Assembly (NCBI RefSeq): GCF_021028975.2 | Contig: NC_059431.1 | Coordinates: 92,194,001 to 92,258,000, forward strand | Reading direction: 5' to 3' | Origin: Sphaerodactylus townsendi | Lineage: Eukaryota | Length of the DNA: 64,000 nt | Made by a program: the position numbers and the translations under genes | Shown: positions 51,329-63,716 of the stretch, piece after piece | How positions within the stretch are numbered: the stretch's first letter is position 1 | Layout of the letters: each line of letters opens with the position of its first letter | Notes under the pieces: generated by a model | What the model was told of the DNA's origin: nothing | Seen by the model: the letters and a program-made list of their open reading frames with translations, nothing else | Database searches by the model: none

Positions 51329-52521
51329 AACACAGATTTGCTACCAGCATTTTAGGGCTATTATATTCCAAGGCTTGAATCATCCTAGCTCAGCTCTGGC
51401 AAGACTTCTTCAGCTTTCTTCAATATCTTTTGAACCTTCAAGTCTAGATCACAATTCCTTTTTCTGCTTTTTCATAACTTCCATAGTTTTTAAAATTCCC
51501 ACCCTTTTTTGTTCAGGACTGATTAAAAGAAAGTACTTTTTCTAGGCAACTCCAGGAAAGGATGATGAAGACTGTCATGAAGGTATTAAATATTATATTG
51601 GACACATTAAATAATACTTAATAGAATGTATCTATGGAAAGATAATTTGCATGACATGGTCTTATAGGGAAATACAGAGCTATATCATACAGGTGAAAAG
51701 TTAAATTGCTTTATATTGAGGACACTTCCTATCAGTCTGACTGTTGTAAGGGCAAACTGTTGGGTGAAGGAAGAATTTCATCCCAGTTACAAAGAAAAGA
51801 AGAAGAAGTAATAACGTAAGTAAAAACATAAGTAATAAAAAGTAATTAAAACATAAGTAATAAGAATAATAAACAAATAATCATTAAGACAGAAAAACAA
51901 AATTCAAGTCAAAATTTCTGTGCGCATCCCTACAAAATACTACAAAACTTCTAAGTGCTTCAGCTGAAGAGGAAATCTATTATACTTGTATCAGACACAA
52001 GCAACAGTAGTTGTATTTTGTATTAAATCACAAGTCTTCTACTAGAACATTTACTTTTTTACAGTGCTTGTCTCACATTGTCTGCATTGTCACTTGTAAT
52101 AAAACCAGGAAATAAACCCTGTGAGGTGAGTCAGATGTTTATTTGTCCTTGAAGCTTTGATAGCATATTGATAGCTGTACACACTTTATTTAAATCAGAC
52201 ATCTTAAAAATACCTTCCATTTGAAAAGTGATCATGAGGAGCTTTTTGGAGTGCTTAACAATTGTTTAACAAGGGCAGCCACTGTCCGTGGCCTCCTAAA
52301 TTGCTTCACCCATACTCATAGATATGGGATTACCTTGAAACAAATGCTGCTGTTTGATACCTCTGCAGGTGTTACTCGAAGAGGGGAAAAAAGATGCATG
52401 TGGAAGTGGCTGATCCTTGAATTAGTATGAAAACTAAATAGAAAAGAGACCAAAATGTTAAATGACATTGATCACTCCCTAGTTTTGCCCCTAGTTTTTT
52501 TTAATTAAATACAGCCTAGAT

Positions 52522-52945
52522 CAGTGGTGGCGAACCTATGGCATGAGTACCAGAGGTGGCACTCAGAGCCCTTTCTGTGGGCACGCACAAACAGAGTTCG
52601 TCATGTGGGGGGGGGAAATTGCCCCCCCACACACACACACACATCTAGGCTGGCCTGGGCTACTGGACTTGATGTGCATGCACCTCAGCGTGCAGGGCGG
52701 CTGGCAGGCCTGGTGCCTGTGCTCCAGGTGGCTGCTGCCCGGGGGGGGGGGGGCGTGGGCAGAGGCGGCAGAGATGCTAGAGAGGCACAGAGTAGTGCAT
52801 ATGGGACTTGCTGGAGGCTATAGCAGGCTGCCCCCTGCTCGAGGGGGTTATTCAGGTTAAATTGCCGCGTTGACACTTTGCAATAAATAAGTGGGTTTTG
52901 GGTTGCAGTTTGGGCACTCGGTCTTGAAAAGGTTCGCCATCACTG
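52522..52945 (+). mobile_element. hAT (Charlie-type) non-autonomous element, complete (424 bp)
   Basis: TIRs CAGTGGTGGCGAACCT / AGGTTCGCCATCACTG, perfect 8-bp TSD GCCTAGAT. Confidence 0.92.
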
Positions 52946-53466
52946 GCCTAGATGGTTACAAGTCTGAGTGGAGAGGATAAGGGCAGCTACTTCCATCTGT
53001 TATTCCATTCAAAAGCAACCCACGACTACGGCTTATTTTCCACTAATGCAGGAAAATAACAACTCTTTGGTTCTCTCAACCCATGCAACAGGACGAAGTG
53101 GCATTCTGGGATGGTACAGCAGAGTTCACTGTTCATAACTGTAGGTAGACAAACACAACTTAAAATGCTCTTCAATGAAAAGGCTGCCCTTGTATATTGA
53201 ATAAACACATATAGGGCCCTGAGGGGAAAAAAAACCCCATGTTTGCAGAGGGAATTGAAAATCAGAGTAAATGGGGGTTAAAACCCTTCAACATGATAAA
53301 AAAGAGTGTCTGGAGCGTTAAGAAAATGATGCCTTCAGTTACCATTGCTAGGCAACCAAAACAGTATTCCTAGCCTTTAAGCCTTGGTTTTGTCAAGAAA
53401 AGGCAGAACACTTTCCTGGGCTGTTCTGGTTTTTGACGGAGGACTTATCAGTGCCAGGCAATAACC

Positions 53467-54328
53467 CAGAGGCGTAACTGGGCAAAGCTGCACCCGGGGC
53501 TGCCTCTGAAAACCCGGGGTTTTCCGCCCCTTCCTCTCATGGGCCCCTGCGCTACACACTCTCCCCCCACGCCACCACTTACCTTATCCTTCAGGCATGA
53601 TGGTGCATGGGGATGGCCATGGCATGGGGACCCATGGAGGGGCAGAAAACGCAGAGGCCGCCATCCTCTTTCTGCCCGACGGAATGGGGCAGAGGAGTTT
53701 TCCCCTGCTTGGTGTAGCCTGCTCCTACGGCTTGAGAGATGGTGACACCAAGTAGGCCACTGTCACCATCCCCTCTCAGCCCAGTGGAGTAAGGCAGAGG
53801 AGTTTCCCCCTGCACAGCGCTGCTGGTTCCTGCAGCATGAGAGCAAACAGCATCAAGCAGGCCACCACTGCCATCCCCCCTCTGCCTGATGGAGCAGGCG
53901 GCCACCTGCTCCGTGGGGCAGAAAGGTTTTTCCCTGGTTGGCGCAGCTGGTTCCTGTGGCATGAGAGCCAGCAGCACTGAGCAGGCCGCTGCCACCATCC
54001 CCCCTCTGCCCCATGGAGTGGGGCAGAGGGGGGGGTTTCTTTGCTTGGTGCTGCCGGCTCCTGTGGCACGAGATCCGGCAGTACCGAGCAGGCTGCAGCC
54101 ACCATCCTCTCCTCAAGGCAGCTTCGGCTTCCTTGGCCAGCGTCTGCCTGAGGGGCCAGCTGCGTGCCTCTCAGGCAAAGGCGGGCCAAGGGGAGCCGAA
54201 GGAAGCGGCCGGGCAGCCACTGCCTACACTACAACCAGGTTTGTGGGGGGGTTTTGAGCTCCCACATGATCTGGAGGGGGCGCCTGGGGCGGATGTCCTC
54301 AGATGTCCCCATTGGCACTATGCCACTG
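53467..54328. mobile_element. hAT non-autonomous element with internal ~105-125-bp GC-rich tandem units
   Basis: TIRs CAGAGGCGTAA / CTATGCCACTG, perfect TSD CAATAACC; GCCACCATCCCCCTCTGCCC-like unit at ~53657, 53762, 53867, 53991 and 54098. Confidence 0.85.
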
Positions 54329-54419
54329 CAATAACCACAAGTTTCTTTGATGTCGCATTACATGCATAACTTGCCCAGGACTGGCTGCTTGCTTCTGTTC
54401 AATAGCACCTATCCCATGA

Positions 54420-54650
54420 AAGCATGTGTCAATGAGTATAGTTTTAGACTAGGATCTGGGAGGCCCTGGATTTGACTTGTATCACCACTCTGCCATAGAA
54501 GTTCATTGAGTGACCTTGGGTCAATTACACATTCTCAGTCTAATCTACTTTAGGGTTATAGAGATGATAAAATGGGGGAAAGTAGAATAATGTAAGTTGC
54601 TTTGGGTCACCACTGTGGAGGAAGGTAAGGTATACATGAATAATAAATAT
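54420..54650 (+). mobile_element. tRNA-derived SINE, older copy
   Basis: GACTAGGATCTGGGAGGCCCTGGATTTGA...GTGACCTTGGGTCAATTACACATTCTCAG...GAAGGTAAGGTATACATGAATAATAAATA. Confidence 0.6.
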
Positions 54651-55019
54651 AGTTGTGGCAGATAAAATGTAGTCTGGTCCATGGCATACAGCCACAATGG
54701 CAGATAAGCCAGGGAAGACAGGTGGGGGTGGGGCAGAAGGATTTTTGGAGGGCTGTGCTGTGTGTATGTGGGGATGGGGGGTGGCACAGCCTCCCTCTGT
54801 CCTTCCTTGTTGGTGCCTGTATCATATGATACCCCCCCCCCCCCCCCCCGATATGCTATTGAGGCTAGTTAATGGCTAGGTGGGAAGAGGAGAAGGAAAC
54901 GAGAAAAAGTTAGAGGTTATGGGAGATTTCAGGGATGGGAAAGAGGAAATAGTAGGGGAGATGAAATGAAATGTGCCCTGCAAATCCTTGTGGCTTCCCT
55001 GCTTGTATGTCCATATGTA

Positions 55020-56716
55020 CCGTATATACTCGCGTATAAGTCAAGTTTTTCAGCCCTTTTTTTAGGCTGAAAAAGCCTCCCTCGACTTATATGCGGGTCA
55101 TATTCTGGGAAATACGGTAATTCTATTCCATTGTTCTCTATGGCTTAAGCTCTGTTTGTGTAACTCAGGGTCCATTAGGGGGAGCTCAGATTTTCCATAT
55201 AAGGAAGAAGGCTCCATTTCCTCTAAGGAAGAATAGGCTTCATAACTGCTAACAGGCCTCAACTTCACAGAGTTCAGTTGTTATGAACTGTATTTACATA
55301 TTTCAGGTATGAGAATGTTTGTATTAACTGTTGAGAAGGGGATATTGTGCTTATATTGATTGACTATTAGTTTGTATTTTGGTTTTGGACACAGCCAGAG
55401 AGAACCACAGGACTGAGACCCTGCTGGTCTGTTTTGCATAGCAGGCCAGAACTATTATTGTTTCTGTGTTGGTTTGCCATATTTCATTGTTATACTGCAT
55501 ACTATTGTTTGTGAAACAGAAAACAGATTTATAGTTTCTTTTGTTGTAAGTCTGGTGAATGTTAAGGGTCACAAGGTGGGATCACACTGTCAAAGACTTG
55601 AACTCCTTTAACATGTCTGATAATATCCCTCTTAAAATCTGAGTTGGGTTACATTTGGACATACAGATGAGGAGGAGGAATCCAGTTTTGAAGGATTTTA
55701 ACTCTTGAGTTTTAGCTTGGCTGCTGATTGAGCTAAGGTTTTTGTACTTTTAAAGTTACTGTTGATACCTCTTTTCCACTTACAGAGCTAGTTTACTGTT
55801 TTTCTTTGAAATAAATATTCAAAACCATTTAACCTACTAATGCCTCAATTAATGTAATGTTATTGGTATTTATTTTTGAAATTTACCAGAAGCTGCTGCC
55901 TTTCCCACCTCAACTTATACACGAGTTGTGGCGAAACGGGCTTGCCTATGGTTTGCAGGCCCTATTTCGCTCTCAGCCCTCTCCCAGAGTTATCAACTTT
56001 TCCCTGGAGAGGGCTATCTCATTCCCAGGGTACACTGCCACCACCTGGCCAGTTTTAGGACTGCCCACTGGGAAGGGCCAGGACCTCACAGTTTCCTCTT
56101 CCCCTAGCATGTCCAAACCAGGGGGAGCATATGCAGTACCGAGAACGGTCCACTACCGGTAATGATTAAACGAAGTTAAGTTTTAATAACAGTAGAACAT
56201 TTAAGAGAACTTTTCTGGCAGGCACCCAAATACAGCAAGGAACAGAAATAAAAGAAAGGCAAACCGCAAGCCCTCTGGTCCTGTCACTATCACATACTCT
56301 GCCTACTAGTCGTTGCACAGCAGGGTAGGTCCTCGGCTTAAGCAGGTATTGTCTATGAGGAAGCTCCCATCACTGGGCCTAGCACGCGGCCTGCAGGGAA
56401 AAGGCCGCTGCCTTCTCCCCCAGGCAGAGCCCCCCTCTTCCCAGAGCCCAGCAAGACAAGATGAACCCACCCACAGGGATCTGGCTGGTTTTTTCTTCCC
56501 ACACTTTTTTGGCTCCCCTGATGTTGTTACCAGACTCACTGCAACTTCTGCCCACCCGCTCTATGGTGCCTGGCTGGGGACAAAAGGGGAAGATAGGAAG
56601 GGCAGGGGAGGGGAAAGCTATTTCTTCACAGGAGTCAATAAGTTTTCCCAGTTTTTTATGGTAGAATTAGGTGCCTCGACTTATACGCGGGTCAACTTAT
56701 ATGCGAGTATACACAG
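55020..56716 (+). mobile_element. Tc1/mariner superfamily (Tc2/pogo-like) non-autonomous element with nested solo LTR
   Basis: TA|CCGTATATACTCGCGTATAAGT ... ACTTATATGCGAGTATACACAG|TA; repeated subterminal CTCGACTTATACGCG motifs; acidic transposase-like C-terminus TDEEEESSFEGF* at ~55663-55701. Confidence 0.8.
55927..56630. mobile_element. Solo LTR (704 bp) nested in the Tc2-like element
   Basis: TGTG...CACA termini; TSD CGAGT/GGAGT; splits the host motif ACTTATACACGAGT|CAATAAGTTTTCCCAG. Confidence 0.72.
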
Positions 56717-56791
56717 TATTCCAAAAGTTTTACATTTTATCCAGGTTTGAATATACCTACCAAAGTCCTTATAATCATTTTCCTTTAAAAA

Positions 56792-57066
56792 AGAGTAGAA
56801 GTTTGGATTTTCTCCTGTAAGGAGACTCAAAGTGGCTTACAAACTCCTTTCCTTTCCTCTCCCCACAACAGACACCTTGTGAGGTAGGTGGGGCTGAGGT
56901 GGGGCTGAGTTCTGAAGAACTGTGAATAACCTAAGGTCACCCAGCACAGGCTTTATGTGCAGAAGAAGGGAAACAAATCCAGTTCACTGCCACTCAGGAG
57001 GAGGAGTAGGGAATCAAAGCCAGTTCTCCAGATTAAAGTCCACCACTCTTAAGCACAGCATCATAC
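56792..57066 (-). mobile_element. tRNA-derived SINE (Squam3-like)
   Basis: GGAGACTCAAAGTGGCTTACAAACTCCTTTCC...CCCCACAACAGACACCTTGTGAGGTAGGTGGGGCTGAG...GGGAATCAAAGCCAGTTCTCCAGATTAAAGTCC. Confidence 0.85.
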
Positions 57067-58099
57067 AATCTAGATGTGTTTGATTTGAGGCACCATCTGG
57101 GTATAACCTGGCTACCACCTTTGCCTATAAATTCCAAAACAAGCTTCTGCCCCTTTTTGTCCTTTAATTGGGAAATGAATTCTTCTTCAAATGACCTTAG
57201 CTTAAATGAAATAATGCTGTAATTTAAAATAATAAATATCTCAGAGGCATATACTAGAACCAAAACTTTTTTGAGGGGAACCCCCATGTAAGCTGTGATT
57301 TTAGGACAGCAGGAAATTCTAGGAAAATGGACAGTTTCCACAACACCACATATGTTCTTCACGTAATAAGTAGAGTCACCAGCTGTTGTCTGAAGGGCTC
57401 TCAAGGAGTCTATTTAATTCTTCTGCCTGTGGGTTCTTCCTAAATTAATTCAGTTGGCCACCTGCAACCAAACCTCAAAAGCACCACTGCATGAATTCCC
57501 AGGAGAGTCTCCTCTGAATAAAACAGAAAAAAAATGTTAGAGGCACTATTTCTTATATGGAGGAAAGAACAGGAGATTGTTTTAAAATAGAAAGTATAAG
57601 AAAGCCTTAGTGCCAAGTATAAAATGGCTACCATTATCATTGTTGAATTATTAGTAACGGGGGGGGGGGGATTCAAAGGGACCAGCTGGAGAAAGAGAGA
57701 GACAATCTCATACATAGAGGGAGGGGATATTCTAGGAAATGACAGTTATAGCCAAGACATAGAGGAGTTTGATTTTTTTTGCTTTGATCCACCAAAGAAG
57801 AATTTCATGAATGCTGCTTCCATTTGTGCATTATTTTTTATTTTCCTCTGTTTTTATCACATCTTCCCACTTTGCACAAGCCCCCAAAATCAACAGCAAA
57901 ACAACTGAACACACAACCATCATTTAAAGTAGATCCCTGAACATGTATAAAGGAACTTTTATATAATTTTTGTAATAGTGGTTAAAAGATACCCAAAGAT
58001 CTTCATGTTCTGCCAGGCTCTTAAATTGCCACATAAACGCATTCCTATCATGTAGTGAGAACTATGGATGCAGCAGATAACATGTATGCAGACAACATG

Positions 58100-59080
58100 T
58101 ATGCATTGTGGCACATATGGGAAACTAAGGCATCCATTGGGCTTTTCCCCACTTCAAAAAAGAAGGAGATACGCTCCGGGTTTGTTTGCTGCAGGATCTT
58201 TTGGGCACGGGTTTATGTTCCTCACCGCAGCTTCTGGCCCTCAAACGATCCTCATTCAGCAGCCATCAGGATTCCCCACTCCGTGTGTTCAGCTCAGGGG
58301 CCATCCTGATTGGTTGCTGCTGCTGCTGGGTGGGATCTCTTTTTATCCCCCCCCCCCCCGTCGTATCCACGTCACACACATGTCTATCTTACTTCCTTTC
58401 ATGGGCGGCTGGCTCCCTCCCACCAACAAAAGTGACCCCCCCATCTCAATTAATGTGCTGCAGGCAAACTAGGCGAGTCCTTCCAGCACAAATAGCATCA
58501 AAGGGAGCTCCCGAATGGGGCTGATTGGGATGAGGGAAGCGCTGCCGAACTCCGCAGCTCAACCACTGAAGAGCAATTGAAGGGGCCGCAGACGGGCGAA
58601 ATGACTTGATTAATGGCTGCAAGGAGAGCCGCCCACCCAAGCATATGTACTGTGCTTTTAGAAAACAGGGCTGCTTGTGCCTCGTCGGGGCAGTGACTCT
58701 GGCTGTGCCTGTGGAGTCGGTCGGGCGGACATGCAATGTTTGAATGGAAGTCGTCTCCCCCTCTCCGCCCCCTCCCCTCAGCCCAGCCTCCAAGGAATTG
58801 GAAAAAAAACCCCAACTACTTCCCTATTGGGCAAAAGGCTCCATGTCACTACCAGTGGCGGGAACCTGAAACGCGGTGTTGCCCCTGGACTTCCCCATGG
58901 TGTCGTGCTCTGCGTGGGGTTTTGTAAAAGCTGCAGTTCCTTCCAGGGTTAGAAAAGACACGCGGTTAGGGAGAAGGGGGCAGCAGAATCGGGGTGGCTG
59001 CGTTGCCGCCATGGGGAGTGCTGAGGAACCCCGCGTTACTTGGCCCGAGTAGTGCGCAACAAAAGGTGAGTGGCTCATTA
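58100..59080. repeat. GC/CpG-rich interspersed repeat, inverted relative of 12545-13190
   Basis: Reverse-complement similarity in two blocks (58200-58330 and 58835-59075); extra central segment. Confidence 0.65.
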
Positions 59081-59702
59081 TGGCTCTGTGAACCCCGTCT
59101 GCTGCATAGCAACACTCCTTCCCAGCCTGTGCTTTCAGTTATGGCGCTCCCTCCTCCTTTGCAGGCACCAGCACCTAAGGGCTGCAAGACAGACTGCCAC
59201 TCCTTGAAGGAAGGATGGGACAAAACATGCATTTGTATCTCTCTATCTCAAATAGGGGCATATCTACAGAAAATGGTCCCTGGGGCAAGTACTGAAATTG
59301 CACTCCCCTAACTGCTGACACCCATCTTTCATGTCTGATACTTTTTTTTTTTAATATTATTATACTTTATTGAAAAATATTAAAAAGAATACAAGTTTTG
59401 CAATCATACTTCCATTTCATACGTTCTGTTTTAAACATTAAAAATATGTTGTTTCCCTTTCTTGGGAATTTCGTATATTTAACTACTTTAACCAAAAGAC
59501 TTCTCTTCCGACTAGAACATTCCAAACTGAAATCAAACATGTGGAAATATTACATTTTGAGTCTGCATGTAATAAGACTTTCATAACAAATAAAACATCT
59601 ATCGTTCCAGTTATCGTTATTTCAAACACTTATCCTAAATAATCTACCTACATACTTATTTATCCACTTAATAATTATTCTATCTATACTATCTATTTCT
59701 AT

Positions 59703-62700
59703 CTACTTAGTGATGGATTTGAAGTATTCTTCCAATGGTTTCCCTCAGTTCTTTCTTTCTTGTCTCTTCTTCCTGTAATGTAAGTGAAATGCTTGGCTCC
59801 AAGTCCATAAACATATATATTTTTCAAACCACGTCTCTACAGTTGGTATATTATCGGATTTCCATACCGACGCAATTAACATACGTGCTGCAGCTATCAG
59901 GTAAATAATCAGTTTTGTATACATTGTAAGTTCCTTATCTTTAAATAAACCTAATAAATACATTTCCGGTTCCATTTTAAATTGTACTTTCAATATATTT
60001 TGTAGATGGTTATGTATCTTCACCCAGAATCTTTTTATTCTTTTACAGTTCCACCAGAGATGTATAAACGTTCCTACCTCCTTTCCACATTTCCAACAGG
60101 TCACCGGGTAAGTATTATCCATTTTAGCTATAATTACAGGGGTTAGATACCATCTATGGATTACTTTGTAGATGTTTTCTTTTACATCTGTACATACTAT
60201 AGATGTATGTGCTCTTTTCCATATTAGTTCCCAATCGTCAAGATCAATATTCCTACCAATATCTTTAGACCATTGTAACATGGATGTTCTAACTAATTTA
60301 TCTTCTGTCTCCAAATCTAATAAGTATAGGTAGATTCTACTAATTAACTTTTTCCTTCCCAAATTCATGATTTCGTCTAGTTTCGAAGGTTTTTTTAAAA
60401 AAACCCCACCGTTTATTATCACTCTTAAAGTAATCCATAAGTTGTGCATACGTGTACCAATCGCATGTTTTGTCAGCTATTATTATATTTTCTCTGTCTT
60501 TTAAAATTAATTTTTCTGTCTCAAATAATAACAGTTCTTTATAGGTCGGCCATTTTATTTCTTTAGACCAACCTTTCAAATTTAGGGCTTCCAACCTTGA
60601 CAACCATAACGGTATGGTTCTATAGAAATCAAACCTATATCTATCCCAGACTTTTATTAAAGATCTTCTGATATAGTGTTGATTAAAGGTCTTATATCTA
60701 TTCTTATCTTTGGGTGGCCATAGTCTTTCATGCCATCCATGATTGAGGCCATAACTTTCAACATTTAACAACTTAGTTTCTGAAAAGTCAATCCAATCCT
60801 TTAGCCATACACAAACATTTGCAACATAATAGATATAGAAATCGGGTAAAGATAAACCTCCTCTTTCTTTCCTTGAAATTAAGATCTTATATTTCACTCG
60901 CGGTTTTCTTCCGCCCCATATAAATTCGAAATGTCTCTTTTCCATGTTTTGAAGACTGATTGTTTATCTATAAAGGGATATTTTGTAACAAATACATCAA
61001 TTTAGGCAAGATGTTCATTTTGACCAATGCTATTTTGCCTAAAAGACAAGTTAATCTTACTCCAATTATTTAAATCCTTTTATATTCCTCCATAGTTTTC
61101 ATAATTATTTTTATAGATATCAAATTACATTTAGACAGATTTACTCCTAAATATTTTACTTCTCTCACTATTTTACAGCCCGATACTGCCATCAATTGTA
61201 TTTCCTCCTCTTTCGACAGATTAAAGGTTAGTATCTTTGTTTTGTGTTTATTAATTTTAAATCCTGCCAATTGTCCAAAATCCGATATAATTTTCCAAAG
61301 ATAATCTATTTTGATGACAGGATCGTCCAAGATAATTAAAGTATCGTCCGCGTAAGCTTGTATTTTATAATTAAAATTCTTTATTTTAAGTCCTTCAATT
61401 GATCTGTCTTGTCTAATGGTGTGTAAAAGTAACTCTAATACCCATATAAAAAGTTGTGGGGATAGAGGGCAGCCTTGTCTTGTTCCTTGAGAAATTTTGA
61501 ATGTTTTGTAAGGAGATCCATTAATTTTTAAGGAAGCTTTCTGATCGTTATATATTATTTTAAGAATTTCCAAAAAATTTCCTTTTATGCCTATTTTCCC
61601 TAATAATCTTATCATAAACATCCAATTTATTTTGTCAAACGCCTTCTCAGCATCTAAGAATATTAAGGCTGCTTTTTGGTCAGGTTTATTTTTTAGAATT
61701 TCTATAATGTCAATTATTGTTCTAATATTATTTTTACCACTCCTATTTGGTAAAAAGCCTCTTTGGTCTTCATGTATCCATTTTGTGGAAATTCTTTTCA
61801 GTCTTTCAGCCATTATTGAAGTTAAGATTTTGTAATCCGTGTTTAGCAAAGCAATAGGTCTAAATTTGTCCACCTCAGGGATTATTCCTTGTTGTTTAGC
61901 TATTAATGTGATATGATTTTCTTTCCATGTTTGTGGAATGTCTTTAATTTGTATTATGTTGTTAAACATTTCAGCAAGTATATTTGATATTTCTTGTTTA
62001 TGGTCTTTATAGAAGAGGGCAGTAAACCCATCGGGGCCAGGTGATTTGTTCAATTTTAGGTTCTCTATAGCTTGATTAATTTCAATTACGGTGAATGGTT
62101 TGTTCAAATCTTCTATCTCTGTTTGAGGGATTGTAATAAATGGATGATTATCTAAGTAATCATCTATTTTCCCTGATGGGACTTCTATATTTTGGTATAA
62201 TTCAGTGTAATACCTATGTAATTCTTTCTTAATTTCTTCTGGATCGGTTATATCCATTTCATTTTTCCTAATAATATTTATAGTTCTATTTTCTTTGTCT
62301 TCTTTAATTTTGGCTGAAAGCCATTTCCCTGGTTTATTTGCGTATAGAAAATTTTTGTGTTTTAATTGTCTAATATTTTGTATCAAAGTTCTCCTATTTC
62401 TTTCTTCCATTTGTAATCTTATTAGTTGTAGTTTCTTTTTAACTTTCTTATTTAATGGGTTTACTTTGAAATTGAATTTCCAAATTTTTTAAAGTTAAGT
62501 TCATTAATGTCTGATCAGTTTTTCTCCAAATTTTCTTCTGTTTTATCTCTTGGCTTATACATAGCCCTCTCATGCGTGGCTTTTATATGCATCCCAATTC
62601 ACGTTTAAGTTTTTTATAGAATTTTTATTAATTTTCCAATAATCTTTTGTTGATGTTTTCAATGTCTCATTATGATCTTCCATTTTTATCATCCAATTTT

Positions 62701-63479
62701 TTTAATCTCCATACTTTAGATCTTTTTTTCACTGTAATGCGTAGTTCAATAGCGTTATGATCCGATAGAAATTTAGGTAATATTTTAATATCCTGTATAA
62801 ATTGGGGTAATTTACCAGTCACCCAAGCCATGTCTAATCTGGTGTGTATTTTATGTCTATATGAATAATATGTAAATTCTTTAGCATTTCCATTTTTTAG
62901 TCTCCAGACGTCTTTTAATTTAATCTTTTCACTAAGATGGAAAAAGGCTTGTGGGAGCATGTTAAATTTCTTTTTTAATCTGTTCTTACTTTGTTTGGTT
63001 TCTTTCCTGTCAAGTTCAGGGTTAACTAGACCATTAAAATCACCCAACAGAAGTAAATTCCCTTCTGTAAATTCCAACAACGTACTTAATAAGTTATTGT
63101 AGTAGTTTGTCTTTTTATTTCTTTCTGTAGGGGCATATATGCCTATTACTATAGTTTTTTCTCCTTCAATTGTTACCTCTATTATTAAGGTTCTTCCGTC
63201 TTCGGCAGTATGTAACAATTTGGGATTCCATTGGTCTTTAATATACATTAAAACTCCTCTCTTTTTTTTGGAGCTAGAAGAATAGAATGTTTTCCCCAAT
63301 CTGTCATTTTTTACCAGATGTTCATCTTTTTTCCTGATGTGCGACTCCTGTAAACAGATGATGTCATAATTCTGTTTTTTCAAGTAGTGGAAAATTTCCT
63401 TACGTTTTCTGGGATTATTCATTCCATTTATATTATTAGAAAATATCCTACAAATCATTCCTTTGTTCGTTTCTAACAT
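59703..63479 (-). pseudogene. L1 ORF2 (APE endonuclease, reverse transcriptase, CCHC), frameshifted as assembled
   Basis: EN motifs NNINGMN, ICLQESH, GIYAP, LGDFN, RLD, SDH; RT motifs KSPGPDGF, RPIALLNTDYKI, DAEKAFD, GTRQGCPLSP, YADD, YLGV; CWKC-x8-HLWWNC; split over ORFs 62670-63533, 61070-62410, 60340-60945 and 59745-60449. Start and stop positions are inferred. Confidence 0.93.
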
Positions 63480-63716
63480 TATTATTATTACTATTTTTTT
63501 CCCCAACCAACTTAAACTTAAGCAAACAAACAATATTGTTTAGGTTGATAGTTAACTCTAATTCCTTAGTCTATAGCAGTTAATACATTAAGCATCCAGA
63601 ATAGAATTCCAATAAAATAATAATGATAGCAGGGTGGCGTAATCAAGATAATGAAAATAATAATAAAAAAGAAATTATATATGTATATATAAACATATCT
63701 TACCCAGACCTGTGAA

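Noticed and set aside
53539-54369. Cluster of overlapping 70-137-aa ORFs
   Set aside because: By-product of GC-rich tandem units inside a TSD-bounded hAT element
54660-55010. Possible second Helitron (weak 3' hairpin before CTTGT)
   Set aside because: Terminus is not CTRR, the stem is poor and no TC start was found; left unclassified
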